A DNA stretch of 64,000 nucleotides from Octopus vulgaris (GCA_951406725.2 OX597837.1:11098001-11162000); one strand, 5' to 3'. Positions 1-13,701 are shown, numbered from the stretch's first letter. Notes: generated by a model not told the origin, from the letters alone. Translations and numbers: made by a program.

Positions 1-1829
1 TTCTGGTTTTGCTGTCTCATTTGATTTGGGAATTAAGATGGTTTTCCCCTTCGTGAGCCATTCAGGCATTGTCTCTGGCTCTGCTAGCATGCTGTTAAAG
101 TTTTCAGCCAGCTTTTTGTGCATTCCTGTTAGATATTTCAACCAGAAGTTGAGGATCTTGTCATGCCCAGGTGCCTTCCAGTTGCTTAGTCTTTGCAGTG
201 CCTGGGTGACCTCTTCAGTTGTTATGGGGGTCCAAAGTTGCTCAGATGCTGAGTTTGTTGTTTTGATACTTCTTTTTTTGGTTGTTCGTTCGCCGACCAT
301 ATTTCTCTCCAGAATTCTTCCACTTCTTCTGCAGTGATTTCTGTTTTATTTTTATTTTTGCCAAGTTCTTGGTAGAACTTTTTGGGGTTGGAGTTGAACT
401 TTTTGTTTTGTTCAAAGAAGCGCTGGCGTTTCTCGTACCGGCGGATCCTTTGTGCTTTGGCAAGGATATCTTGCTTCAGCTTTTCTTTTATCTCAGGTAA
501 ATCTTTTTCTGTGATGTTATATTTGCGGAGTATTTTTGTTCTCTTTTTGTTGCTCAGTAGCGTTGATAGTTTGCTGATTTCATTAAGAATCGACAGATCT
601 TTTCTCATTTTTTAAATTTTGTTTTGGATGTTATTTATCCACAGGGTTCGTTTGGGTGGTGGTACTCCTGTTTGGATGGGTTTGAGTGAGTATCCAGCTT
701 CTTTTGTGGCTGCAGTGGCTGCTGCGTATACTAAGTCATTTAGCTCAGTGATATCGCTTTTTGTTTCAGTGGCTATTAGTTCAGTGACGGCTAGGTTTAT
801 GCTGTTTATAATTGGTGTTGTTGTTTCATTTATTTTGATTTTTGGGAGATATGGTCGGTGGTCCATTTTGAGCTCTGTGGTTTTCAGTTCTTTGATTATT
901 TTACTTTTTATATTATCATAATCATTAGGCTGCCCTTTGTTGTCTCTAGGTTTTAGATTTGTGTTGCTTTCTTTCTTATTTATATGTTTGTTTGCCGTGT
1001 TTTGGCTTGCTGTTTGTCGTGTATTATTATGCATCCTTACAGTCTGGGTTTGTTGTTTTTTATTTATATCGTGTTTGTTGGGAATGTTACGTTTGTCATC
1101 GTGTTTTATTGTTTCAGTGTTTATATTAATGGGCATCGTTGTGTGGCTTCTATCTACATTTTCCTGGTGTATTTTTTCTTTTAGGTGTTCTATTTCTATT
1201 TCTGATATTTTTTTTGCTTTGAGAATGTATCTTCGTACGTTAGCTATTTCATTAGGGTTCATTGCTGTATCCAAGTCTATATTTATGTTATTTTCCTTCC
1301 ATATTTTATACGTATGTGTTGTTGTGTTTACATTTTTTGGGGTAGAGCACTGCTGTGAAGTATGCGTGTAGGATAGAAATGTATTCCTCACGTGTCCATT
1401 TATGTCTTTTGGGTTTTATCTGCGGGACATGAGGAACAACGTCCGGCCCATTACTTTGACGGTCGTCATTTTCGTAGGGTACCGGTCCGTTAATTTCTGT
1501 TGTCACATTGTTTTGCACGTGTGGTTTTTCGTACATTTTGTGTTGTAAGTTCAAGGTACGTACCTCCCTATTGTTATTCTTGGGTTGAATAATATCGGTG
1601 GTATTTAATTTCTTCGTAGTTCCTTCGTACATGGTGTTTGGGGTCGGGGATGATCGTGATGTTCCACGCATGTTTACATGAGTTGTGTTAGAGGTGGAGA
1701 TGATATCGAGGCAAAATACATCATTTCGTTTCGAAAATAGTAATAAATTTTAATGAGCATTACTTACTCGGGTACAGTCCAATCCTTTGTTAGTAAATCT
1801 TTGGTTTCATACGATGTCCTTGTTTTCGA
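1..1829 (-). mobile_element. R4/Dong-clade non-LTR retrotransposon, 5' part (5' UTR, Myb-like N-terminus, start of RT); frameshifted, continues beyond window start
   Basis: Successive minus-strand ORF pieces: KRHKWTREEY (1306-1671), LAKAQRIRRYEKRQRFFEQNKKFNSNPKKFY (222-608), and by manual translation of 1-230 ITTEEVTQALQRLSNWKAPGHDKILNFWLK...PEWLTKGKTILIPK (RT domains 0-1). The 5' end abuts (TAA)n. Confidence 0.88.
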
Positions 1830-2169
<340 letters not shown>

Positions 2170-2456
2170 ATAGGAGGAGGAAAGAAACTGGAAGATGACA
2201 CTTCCATACCTTGAAGACGGTACAGCAATCTAGAACATTTTGTGTGGGGTTTTCACCGAATTACCCCAGGTGAGCCAACTTGCTTTCAGGAATTCAATGT
2301 GTCCATTCACTTTTCCAATTATTTTTATATCTTTTGCTTTGTATCCTTGTTGTTGCTATGTCTCCTTTTGATCGATGCAAACGCCACCTTCTTTTGGGTT
2401 GTTTCGTCTTTTGATATTGTCTTGAATGTCTTGGGCTCTTGTGGCCAACAAAAGAA

Positions 2457-2597
2457 ATCATCATCATCATCATCAACGTCATCATCATCAACGTCGTCAT
2501 CATCATCATCAACGTCATCATCATCAACGTCGTCATCGTCATCATCATCATCATCATCATCATCATCACTACCATCATCAACATCATCATCATCACC

Positions 2598-2657
<60 letters not shown>

Positions 2658-2720
2658 GTTGTCATCATCATCGTTGTCATCGTCGTCATCATTATCGTCA
2701 TCATCATCGTCATCATCATC

Positions 2721-2766
<46 letters not shown>

Positions 2767-2927
2767 ACATCATCATCATCATCATCATCACCATCATCAC
2801 CATCATGAACATCATCATCATCATCATCATCACCATCATCACCATCATCACCATCATCACCATCATCATCATCATCGTTGTCATCATCATCATCATCATC
2901 GTCATCATCATCATCATCATCATCACC

Positions 2928-2958
<31 letters not shown>

Positions 2959-3016
2959 CCACCATCATCATCATCACCATCATCACCATCATGAACATCA
3001 TCATCATCATCATGAA

Positions 3017-3085
<69 letters not shown>

Positions 3086-3233
3086 CATCATCACCACCAT
3101 CATCACCATCATCATCATCAACATCATCACCATCATCATCATCATCACCATCATCACTATCCTCATCATCATCATCATCAACATCATCATCATCATCCTC
3201 ATCACCATCATCATCATCATCATCACCACCATC

Positions 3234-3265
<32 letters not shown>

Positions 3266-3361
3266 CACCACCATCATCATCATCACCATCATCACCATCA
3301 TCATCATCACTATCATCATCATCCTCATCATCATCATCATCATCAACGTCGTCGTCATCAT

Positions 3362-3394
<33 letters not shown>

Positions 3395-3452
3395 CATGAT
3401 CATCATCATGATGATCATCATCATCATCGTCGTCGTCGTCGTCGTCGTCGTC
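2457..3452. repeat. ~1 kb imperfect (CAT)n microsatellite
   Basis: Directly visible; source of the poly-H/D/S/M/I ORFs. Confidence 0.98.
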
Positions 3453-3905
3453 ATTGGATACCATACGAATCGGTATGGAAGCTTGCATTTTCCTTTCAGA
3501 ATTCGTTGAAACTTATTTTAATGAATTTGTATTTCAAGAAATTGGTTTTATTATCTATAGTTCTTTTAATAACTAAAGAGAGATGCGTGTTATATTTAGC
3601 TTTTTATTGGATGTGAGTGAGTGAGTGATTATAAACGAATTGCTCGAAGGGAAAATAATGTTTCTTGTTTTCTTTGCTGAACAAAAGTTTTTCGCAGTAA
3701 CAAACGTAGTTGTAAACTTTGTTTGAAGCTGCAGGCTTCGAAAGCACTTTCATGTAGGAAACTTGTAAATATTTCAGAGCAAAGAATACATAAAACAAAA
3801 AACAAAAGCAAAGCGATAAACAAGAGTGCACAGGCGTGCTCTCTCAGTGACAAGAATGCCCTCGTCTAACGAAAGTATATATAGATATGAATATATTAAC
3901 GGATG

Positions 3906-4050
3906 TAGGCGTGGCTCCGTGGTTAAGAAACTCGCTTTGCAACAGAGGATTTTCATGTTCGGTCCTGATGTGTGGCATCTTGTGTTCTACTATCCTGAGC
4001 CAACTAATATATTGAGGGTAAATTTGGTTGACGGAAACTGTGTAGAAGCC
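3906..4050 (+). mobile_element. Degenerate SINE B head
   Basis: ggcgtggct..gtggttaagaa...tttggttgacggaaactg matches other SINE B copies. Confidence 0.7.
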
Positions 4051-4479
4051 TATCTTATACACACACACACACACACTCACTCACACGCACACAGACACGC
4101 ACGCACACACACATATGTAGGAAGCATTTCTTTAGAGTTTTTAAAAATTTAGGACTAAAAACGAAAGATCGCTAGAAGTTGCAAGCAACTACCCCAAACC
4201 AACCCCTGTCTCCCTTTCATTGTCAATTTATGGGAAAAGATTATCAGCAGATAATCTTTCGAAACACGCATGCACATACTACAATCCAACTGCATACCCG
4301 TATAATTGAACTCCATCATTCATACACTCCACATTTACGAAGTAGAAACTTAAATGAAACGGATCGATGAAGTCTAGGCTTGAGTGAATTTTACGTGTAA
4401 AATTTTGCATATTGCTGTTCAGAATAGGATGTGTGGCTGTATTTATTTCGATGCAAGTATGAAAGTAGTCTAATCTGCT

Positions 4480-5504
4480 TCCATTTGCGTAAATCAACGA
4501 ATAAGCTTATACGTAACAATTGGACATTTATTAATGCAGCGTGGCAAATGACAAGCATCAAATAAAAGTGTACATATGAAGCACCATAGATTTAAGAGAC
4601 GATATAGAACCCACTTAAATTCCTTCAGTAAGTTAAAATATAAAAACTCAACGGCACCAGCTAGATGCATACATGACTTAAAATTACACAACATCAATTA
4701 TACATTACTTTCGTCTATTATAGATGGGGCCCCCATTATAAAACAAATATGGGCCGTTGTAGAATGTGCATAAAAGAATCATATACTATCCTCCGTCTGT
4801 ATAATTCTACCGTATTAAACAAGTTTCCTGATGCTATTCATTCGTATAATCACAGATATTATTCAACTTTCCTGAGACTTTTTAAATCCGAACGTACTCA
4901 ACAATAGCCTTAGTAATTTACACCATATTGCCTATAACACGATATTACCAATACAAATACAAATTTTAATAAAGACACAAAGTAATGTGATTTTTACTCT
5001 CATCAGACCTCATATAGACTTCCACCATTTGCATAGATATATCTGTTCTTCTATAAAAGCTTCCAGTTACCTCATACCTTGACAATGAACTGAATGCATT
5101 TCTACTGTAAACATCGCTTTTTCACTGATGAAGGAGACATTCTCTGAAAATGAATTTTAAGAGTTATTTTTTACTCGGAGGATTGAACCCCTGAAACGGA
5201 CGTAGGAATATTTTGTTTTTCTATGTAACCTAAAATATGTTTTTTGACGCTTATTATTTCCTCTTCACTATATATTTTTCTTTAAAAAAAAAAACGCACA
5301 ATTCTATACTTCATTATATTATTATTATATTTGTATATTCATTTATTTATATGTCCATTTATATTTTTAATATTCATATATTTTTATATGTATTTTTCAA
5401 TATATCAATATATGTCTTTTGGAAAATTTTTATTTTGATTAAATCCGTATACATACATACATGTTTATTGTGATTTACCTGATTTAAACTTTCTATATTT
5501 AATT

Positions 5505-5510
<6 letters not shown>
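4480..5510 (+). mobile_element. Penelope-like element 3' remnant (degenerate GIY-YIG endonuclease and 3' region with hammerhead), ending in (TA)n
   Basis: FKRRYRTHLNSFSKLKYKNSTAPARCIHDLK...CRMCIKESYTI resembles the PLE GIY-YIG pattern FK.RY..H..SF...NST.LS..I..LK...C.LC..EK..I; hammerhead at 5121-5207. Confidence 0.72.
5121..5207 (+). ncRNA. Type I hammerhead ribozyme with long stem II
   Basis: CTGATGA-AGG...CCT-GAAAC-GGAC-GTA; extended stem II TTCTCTGA/TCGGAGGA; one mismatch in stem I (ttca/ggaa). Confidence 0.65.
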
Positions 5511-5558
<48 letters not shown>

Positions 5559-6123
5559 GCATGAATATACACAGACACATGCAAATACACAAATGTGTCG
5601 GTGCAGGAGACAGTAATCGAGAAGCTTGTCTAAGATATCAATCACTGACAGTATTATTTCCCCAATCAACTGATAATTAATTATAACTACTTAAAAATAT
5701 GCAAATTCGAACGAACGAAAGAAGGAAGCCGTCTTAAAGACACCAACTTACGTTTTCTCGTTTTATCAATTTAATTAATTACCTTAAATTATTAGAATAT
5801 CGGTAAAATCGGGTGAACAAAATATGCAAATTCTGAAAAATAAAAGAAAAAAATCAGAGAGATTATCCGAGATGCCATCAGATCCACTTAAATTTTATGA
5901 ATTTAAAGTTCAAATAGTTCTGAGAATTTTTTCTAATTTAATTATTTAATAATTATTCTTAATTATTGTAATGTATGCTAAATTGCCTGGACGAAATATG
6001 CAAATTCTGTAAAAAGAAATATGGTGCCGGGACAGATACATGTATTTATTTATAATTTATATAATGCTTAATTAAACGTGTTACAGTGTTATGCTGGGGT
6101 TATACGACCCCTTGGTCGTGGTA

Positions 6124-6344
6124 TGGCAGAAACGTTAGCACGCCAGGCGAAATGCGTAGCCGTATTTCGTCTGCCGTTACGTTGCGAGTTCAAATTCCGC
6201 CGAGGTCGACTTTGCCTTTCATCCTTTCGGGGTCGATAAATTAAGTACCAGTTACGCACTGGGATCGATGTAATCGACTTATTCCCTTTGTCTGTCCTTG
6301 TTTGTCCCTTCTATGTTTAGCCCCTTGCGGGCAATAAAGAAATA
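6124..6344 (+). mobile_element. SINE A
   Basis: tggcagaaacgttag...gagttcaaattcc (pol III A/B box-like), core gtcgactttgcctttcatcctttcggggtcgat, tail caataaagaaata. Confidence 0.9.
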
Positions 6345-6635
6345 AATATATAGTCATGCAGTTCCTTCCATGATCAATTCATACTTGGCGTAATACCAGT
6401 AACGTTAACGTGTTTGTGCGTTGGCAAGTTTCTAGGAAACCAGCAACACTTCAAAAAGAAATAAATAGAAAACAAAAAGCAATGAAAAGATAAGAAACAG
6501 CTGTAAAGAGATGTCAGTGTCCCTCACTCAAGGAGAGACGATGAGGTTGTGCAGCTTACAACTGGTAGTAAACAATTAAGCTAATTAAAAACAAGTATTG
6601 GCTGAAATGTATTGCTTTATTCTTCTGTAAAATTG

Positions 6636-6846
6636 GTCTCAAATTTTGGCACAAGGCCAGTAATTTCGGGGTGAGGGGTAAGTCGATTTCATCGATCCCA
6701 GTGTACAACTGGTACTTATTTTATCGACCTCAAAGGGATGAAAGTAGAAGTCGACCTCGGCGGTTTTCGAACTCAGATCGTAAAGACAGACGAATGCCGC
6801 TAAGCATTTTCTCCGGCGGGTTAACGATTCTGCCAGCTCACCGCCC
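6636..6846 (-). mobile_element. SINE A, older subfamily with a different tail
   Basis: Reverse complement of the A head and core; tail ccccgaaatt.ctggccttgtgccaaaatttga. Confidence 0.8.
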
Positions 6847-6879
6847 TGTCCTTTTTAAAAGCGAAAAGTACTACTGTGT

Positions 6880-7000
<121 letters not shown>

Positions 7001-7009
7001 ATGTGTGTG

Positions 7010-7155
7010 TGTGTGGTAAGAAGCTTGCTTCCTAACCACATGATTCCGGGTCCAGTCCCACTGCGTAGCACCTTGGGCAAGTGTCTTCTGCTATAGCGTC
7101 AGGCTGACCAAAGCCTTGTGAGTGGATTTGGTAGACGGAAATTGAAAGAAGCCCG

Positions 7156-7217
<62 letters not shown>

Positions 7218-7500
7218 TTTATATATAAGTTCAGTAAAAATTTAGATTCAGTTGAATATGGTATTTAAGTTAAAGGCACCAGAATTTGGTATGGTATTAT
7301 CCATATAATTCAAAATGGGTGGTTATAATCAAAATAAGCAACAAGGATATCCAATGGTAATGCAGTACGATCGTTACATGCGATTCCATTTAATTAAACA
7401 ATGCAATTATTACATCAGTTTTAAAATGTAGAGCAATCTTCAGGTGGTGTTCCAGCATGGCCGCAGTCAAATGACTGAAGCAAGTAAAAGAATAAAAGAA
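7010..7500 (+). mobile_element. SINE B (CORE-like, OR2-like) split at its internal TA tract by a PLE-type insert (7215-7430)
   Basis: Head and caccttgggcaagtgtcttct at 7010-7160; tail ccagcatggccgcagtcaaatgactgaa at 7440-7500. Confidence 0.8.
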
Positions 7501-7602
7501 CAGAATACACACACACACACACACACACTCACACACACACACAAAGATATATATATATATATATAAGTGTGTGTGTGTATAAACGAATGTGTTTATGTAC
7601 GC

Positions 7603-7644
<42 letters not shown>

Positions 7645-7993
7645 ATCTATACGTACACGTATGTACACATAACTTCATACGTTCTGTGAACCGTCGATAA
7701 TTACTGTTAAATTGGATATCGAATGAACCAGATGAAATCTGAGCTATGAGAGTAGGACAAACATTGGGCAAAATTTGTCCCTTACTGTCCTCCTCCCTCC
7801 CTCTCTCTCCTCTCCTTCTCCTCCTCCTTCTCTTCTCCCCTCCCCTCCTTCCACTGCTCCTCCTTCCCCTGTCACCCCTGCATCTGCTCCTCCTACTTCT
7901 ACTTCTCCTCCCTCTCCTCTTCCATCTAATCTCATGCTGAGAAAAAAAATTGCATCGGTTCTATTTCTGAGTTTCAGACGCTGGCTTACTTCA

Positions 7994-8362
<369 letters not shown>

Positions 8363-8853
8363 AAACTTTTGAAAGGAGTAAACTACCGAAGCGTCACCTT
8401 ACGGGCATATAACAGACACGAATCCAAATTTACCAAATTTAATTAAATTCCCAAGACTTTTTTTTCCTTTTTACCGAAAACAAAATTCAATGAAAATTAC
8501 GCCATCTCAAACTCTTAATAAATAAATCAGTTTTCTGCAATATAATATTCGATTAGAGATGGCGATATTTTTGTTGGAAATATCTGGATGATATTTTTGT
8601 ATGGTGTAATACTTTATCTAAAATGACACGAACTGAGATTAATAAGTGCATGATCTAAATATAGACAAAGAATTCAATAAAAGTTACACAAAACACTAAC
8701 AAAATTACCGTCCAATGCGCAGGTTTATTCAGAATTCATGGGGGCATTACAAAACAACATTTATGTCGGTTTCTTCTCATTCGCTAAAAATAAGGATGTC
8801 AGTTTTATATTTATGTGTAGGCGTGGCTGTGTGGTAAAAACTTCGCTTCCCAA

Positions 8854-9462
8854 GGCGGCGAGCTGGCAGAAACGTTAGCAGACCGGGCGAAATGCTTAGC
8901 GGTATTTCGTCTGCCGTTACGTTCTGAGTTCAAATTCCGCCGAGGTCGACTTTGCCTTTCATCCTTTCGGGGTCGATAAATTAAGTACCAGTTATGCACT
9001 GGGGTCGATGTAATCGACTTAATACCTATGTCTGTCCTTGTTTGTCCCCTCTGTGTTTAGCCCCTTGTGGGTAGTAAAGAAATAAGTATTTCGTCTGCTG
9101 TTACGTTCTGAGTTCAAATTCCACCGAGGTCGACTTTGCCTTTCATCCTTTCGGGGTCAAAAAATTAATTACCAGTTATTAAGTACCAGTTACGCACTGG
9201 GGTCGATATAATCGACTTAATCCCTTTGTCTGTCCTTGTTTGTCCTCTCTGTGTTTAGCCCCTTGTGGGCAATAAAGAAATGGGTATTTTGTCTGCTGTT
9301 ATGTTCTGAGTTCAAATTCCGCCGAGGTTGACTTTTCCTTTCATCCTTTCGGGGTCGATAAATTAAGTACCAGTTACGCACTGGGGTCAATGTAGTCGAC
9401 TTAATCCCTTTGTCTGTTCTTTGTCCTCTCTGTGTGTAGCCCCTTGTGAGCAATAAAGAAAT
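8854..9462 (+). mobile_element. SINE A trimer inserted into a SINE B head
   Basis: One head plus three bodies; TSD ttcgcttcccaa at 8842-8853 and 9469-9480; host SINE B at 8818-8853 resumes 9463-9560. Confidence 0.92.
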
Positions 9463-9579
9463 AAGAAGTTCGCTTCCCAACCACATGGTTCCGGGTTCAG
9501 TCTCAATGCGTGGAACCTTAGGCGAGAGTTTTCTACTAAAGCTCCGGGCCGATCAAAACCTTCTCGAACAATTGAGCTA

Positions 9580-11170
9580 AAAATAATGGGATTCTGGCGG
9601 AAAGCAGAACACACACCACTTGTTAAAGGAAACTTGGCAATGAAAAATAATCTTCTACACTCATTTGGTACACTGTTCGATATTTTGAGCTGCAAGTGTT
9701 CCATAGTTTTGTGTTCAAAAGGGGATTGTTCTCCCGCAGGTAAGAGAGGAAATCATTCCTATATTGACTGTTATTGCCCTCTTGAAAAGAAAATACCTAT
9801 TCTAGAGTTGGATTTCATAAGCTCAAAGAAAAGAAAAGCAGGACCAAAGCAGTATGCAAATAGGTTTAACTGATTACGTCTAAAGAAAGTAAGAGACAGA
9901 TATCTACTGAAAAAAGAAAGGCCTTGTCAGAGAGAGAGAGGGAAGAAAAGAAGAGAACGAAGAGTGACGTCACGCAAAGAGAAGAACTTCACTGCCATGT
10001 TTGTCAGTTGTTTAATACTTCTTCTGAAGAAAATGAAGTAATGTCAGATGATAATTCTTAATAATCTTCTGAAGCCATAGCAAAGAGAGGGAAATACAAT
10101 ACAAGAGACAGTTCAAACATTGCATTAGATAGGATTCGTCACCATTCGAACTCTGTGAGGCTCTTAAAATTGGAACTGCCTCATCTGTGAAGAGGATTCA
10201 TCCTTGGTTAGAGATTATAATAAACTTAGAAGAGAGAAGATAAATGAACGAATGAGATTATCTGGTTAGTAGGAAGAAGAATGGAGAGGAGGGCTCTGCT
10301 GTCTTTTGGTTGATGGAAGGATAGATGAAACCAAGGTTACGGTTGAGGTACTCTTTTACTTACTTCAGTCATTTGACTGCGGCCATGCTGGAGCACCGCC
10401 TTTAGTCGAGCAAATCGACCCCGGGACTTATTCTTTTTGTAAGCCCAGTACTTATTCTATCGGTCTCTTTTTTGCCGAACCGCTAAGTGACGGGGACGTA
10501 AACACACCAGCATCGGTTGTCAAGCAATGCTAGGGGGACAAACACAGACACACAAACACACACACATACATATATATATATGTATATACATATATACGAC
10601 AGGCTTCTTTCAGTTTCCGTCTACCAAATCCACTCACAAGGCATTGGTCGGTCCGGGGCTATAGCAGAAGACACTTGCCCAAGATGCCACGCAGTGGGAC
10701 TGAACCCGGAAACATGTGGTTGGTTAGCAAGCTACTTACCACACAGCTATTCCTGCGCCTAGATGTAATTTCCAGAACATTTCCAGCTCTAATCAAAGAT
10801 GAGCATTACACTGTCTGCTCTGAGCCGGGTGGCCAGTCATTGTTTCATTTTACACCTGAAGTTGAAGCGGAAGAGATAAAAACACGTAGAGGTAATTGCT
10901 GATAATATTTTATTCTGGCTTCAAGAGAGGTGGCTTGAAATTTCAATGCAGGGCTATTGGTGGGGATTCAACAGCAGTGAATACTGGCTGGAAGGGAGGT
11001 GTGATGAGTTATTGAGAGAAAAAAACTTGAAACAAGACTTATTTCGATTGTATGTGATTTGCATACAGGTGAGCTACCTCTTCGTCACCTCACCCAGGTA
11101 ATTGATGGTCCAAAAAAAAAGATGGGTCATTCGTGGCCTTCTTTCTTCAGTCAAGTACCAGAAGTCATGA
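9580..11170 (+). pseudogene. Degenerate DDE DNA-transposase remnant, hAT superfamily (hATm-like), interrupted by a SINE B
   Basis: Collinear motifs LFDILSCKC...CYCPLEKKIP, VDGRIDETK, KDEHYTVCSEPGG..FHFTP, IGGDSTAVNTGWKGGV, VCDLHTGELPLRHL..IDGP (CxxH); many stops and frameshifts; subfamily uncertain. Confidence 0.7.
10350..10760 (-). mobile_element. Full-length SINE B with internal (CA)/(TA) tract
   Basis: Head, CORE-like block, microsatellite and tail all present; near-identical to 47292-47685 and 52170-52580. Confidence 0.92.
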
Positions 11171-11579
11171 CCATTTAGGGCAGTTACACTTGAGATGGTT
11201 CGATCTGGTTGCCCCCCCCCCCAAAGTTTGAGCCAAGAGCATTAGACCCCTTTGTAAGGAAGCTAGCGAATGTGTACAGCAACAAAGACAAAAAAAAAAA
11301 AAACGGAGAACGCGGTACACAATTACGAATACAAACAATAAGAAATCACAACAGGTGTCTTTCGACTGAGACCGAATCAAATTGAGCTGGCGTGTATGAA
11401 GTGAAAGCCTAAAGGCAGGAACTTTGGAGATGGGCATAAGAGTTATTGGCGGTCGGCGGTCAGGCCAAGAAAGAAAGATCATGGCTGGCTGGACACCGGT
11501 CACGCGGGAGGAGGAGAGATGGGTAGGGGTCAGCGGGATTGAAGGATTATAAAAAGAAAATATATATGTTTGTAAATGT

Positions 11580-11957
11580 AGAGGTGCAATGGCCCAGTGG
11601 TTAGGGAGCTCGCGGTCGTAGGATCGCGGTTTCGACTCCCAGTTCGGGTATTGTGAGTATTTACTGAGCGAAAACACCTAAAGCTCCACGAGGCTCCGGC
11701 AGGAGGTGGGGGCGAACCCTGCTGTATTCCTTTACCACAACATTATCTCACACTTTCTTCCTCTTTCTGTTGAACCTGTATTTCAAAAAGGGGCCAGTCT
11801 TGTCAAACTCTGTGTCACGTTGAATCTCTCCGAGAACTACACTAAGGGTACACGTGTCTGTGGAGTGCTCATCCACTTGCACGTTAATTTCACGAGTAGG
11901 CTGTTCCGTTGATCGGATCAACCGGAACCCTCGTCGTCGCAACCGACGGAGTGCCAC
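11580..11957 (+). mobile_element. SINE C (tRNA-Arg-like head, OR1-like)
   Basis: A box tggcccagtgg, B box gtttcgactcc; tail ...cgtcgtcgcaaccgacggagtgcc shared with 28665-29045. Confidence 0.88.
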
Positions 11958-12345
11958 TCATATATACATACACATACATATATATACGCATACATATGCA
12001 TATATACGTATACATACACACACATATTGTTTACGTCATAAGACTTTAAAAAGATGTGGAGAGAGGAAACAATTAGTTTTTGACGGTGGAACTCGAAGTA
12101 GATAAAGCTATGAATGACAACAACACGTAAATATTGGGTTGAAAAAACCCTTTGGATATATAAAGTCGAAAGCGGCCAGTGAAACTCGAACCCACGTTTT
12201 CTGTAAACATGAGACGTTCTACACCCACCTCCATACACAATATAATTTGGAAACATCGAAGAGTAATGGAGGAATATACGAATGACCAAGAAAAAGAGCG
12301 AGATAAACAGGTAGAGAGGGAAATAGAGGGGGAAAGAGCGGAAGC

Positions 12346-12396
<51 letters not shown>

Positions 12397-12544
12397 GGAG
12401 AGAAAGCGAAAGAGAGGAGATAATGAAATAAATGCCGAAAGAAAATGATTTCTTAGCTAATCGTAATATTGTCATCTGACACGTTTATGTGTCTGGCATT
12501 CCTGCGTCTGATTGTAAACAAATTATTACCATAAACATTGCGTG

Positions 12545-12640
12545 TTATTATTATTATTATCATTATTAAAATTATCATTATTAATATTATTATCATCATC
12601 ATCATCATTATTATTATTATTATTAATTTTATTGTAACTT

Positions 12641-12681
<41 letters not shown>

Positions 12682-12763
12682 TTTATTATTACTTTTATTA
12701 TTATTATCATTATCATTATCATCATCATCATTATTATTATTATTATTAATTTTATTGTAACTT

Positions 12764-12804
<41 letters not shown>

Positions 12805-12886
12805 TTTATTATTACTTTTATTATTATTATTATTATTATTATCATCATCATCATTATTATTATTATTATTATTATTATCATCATCA

Positions 12887-12930
<44 letters not shown>

Positions 12931-13152
12931 GTTGTTGTTGTTGTTATTATTATTGTTGTTATTATTATTATTGTTGTTGTTATTATTATTATTATTATTA
13001 TTATTGTTATTATTATCATTATTATTATTATTATTATCATTATTATTAATGTTATTATTATTATTATTAATATTATTAATATTATTACTTTTAATATTAT
13101 TATTATTATTATTATTATTGAAATTATTATTATTATTATTGTTGTTGTTGTT
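12545..13152. repeat. (ATT)n microsatellite with an internal ~120-bp higher-order duplication
   Basis: aattttattgtaactttc occurs at ~12624 and ~12747. Confidence 0.95.
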
Positions 13153-13562
13153 GCATGTTTATTGTTTTAAGTATACATAAAGACCAACGGCGGTGAGATA
13201 CCATCTATCTGTACAAGTTGTTGACAATTTTATTGTATAATTCTACAGCCTTGATTATGTATCCAGTGTTTTTATTGTTGCTACAGCTGTTGCTGTTGTT
13301 ATTGCTGTTGTTGTTGTTGTTGATAATTATGTAGTTTTCACTAATGATGTGTCGTAATAGTTGTTGTGGTGCGCAGCTGGGAAAGAAAAGAAACAAGATC
13401 TCTGAAAAGAACTCAGGAACTTTTGTTGTCGTTGTTGTTGCAGTTGTCGCTGTTGTTGACGATAATTCTTATTGTGTTGTTGATAATGTAGTTTTTGTTG
13501 CAATAATTGTTTTGCTATGTGTGTGCGTGTCTGCATGCATGTATGTATGCCTGTGGTTAATC

Positions 13563-13632
13563 AAGTGATTTGGACACCTCTGATGAGACTCCAGTAAGGG
13601 TCGAAACTCGATTAAGTCTGTTAAGTCATTGT
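13563..13632 (+). ncRNA. Minimal type I hammerhead ribozyme motif
   Basis: CTGATGA-GACTC-cagtaa-GGGTC-GAAACT-cgatta-AGTC; stem I imperfect and offset. Confidence 0.55.
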
Positions 13633-13701
13633 TTTCGATCTACGGAGAAACAAATAAATAGATATGTCTTCTGCGTAGGTTGGTTCACACACACAGCCAC
13701 C

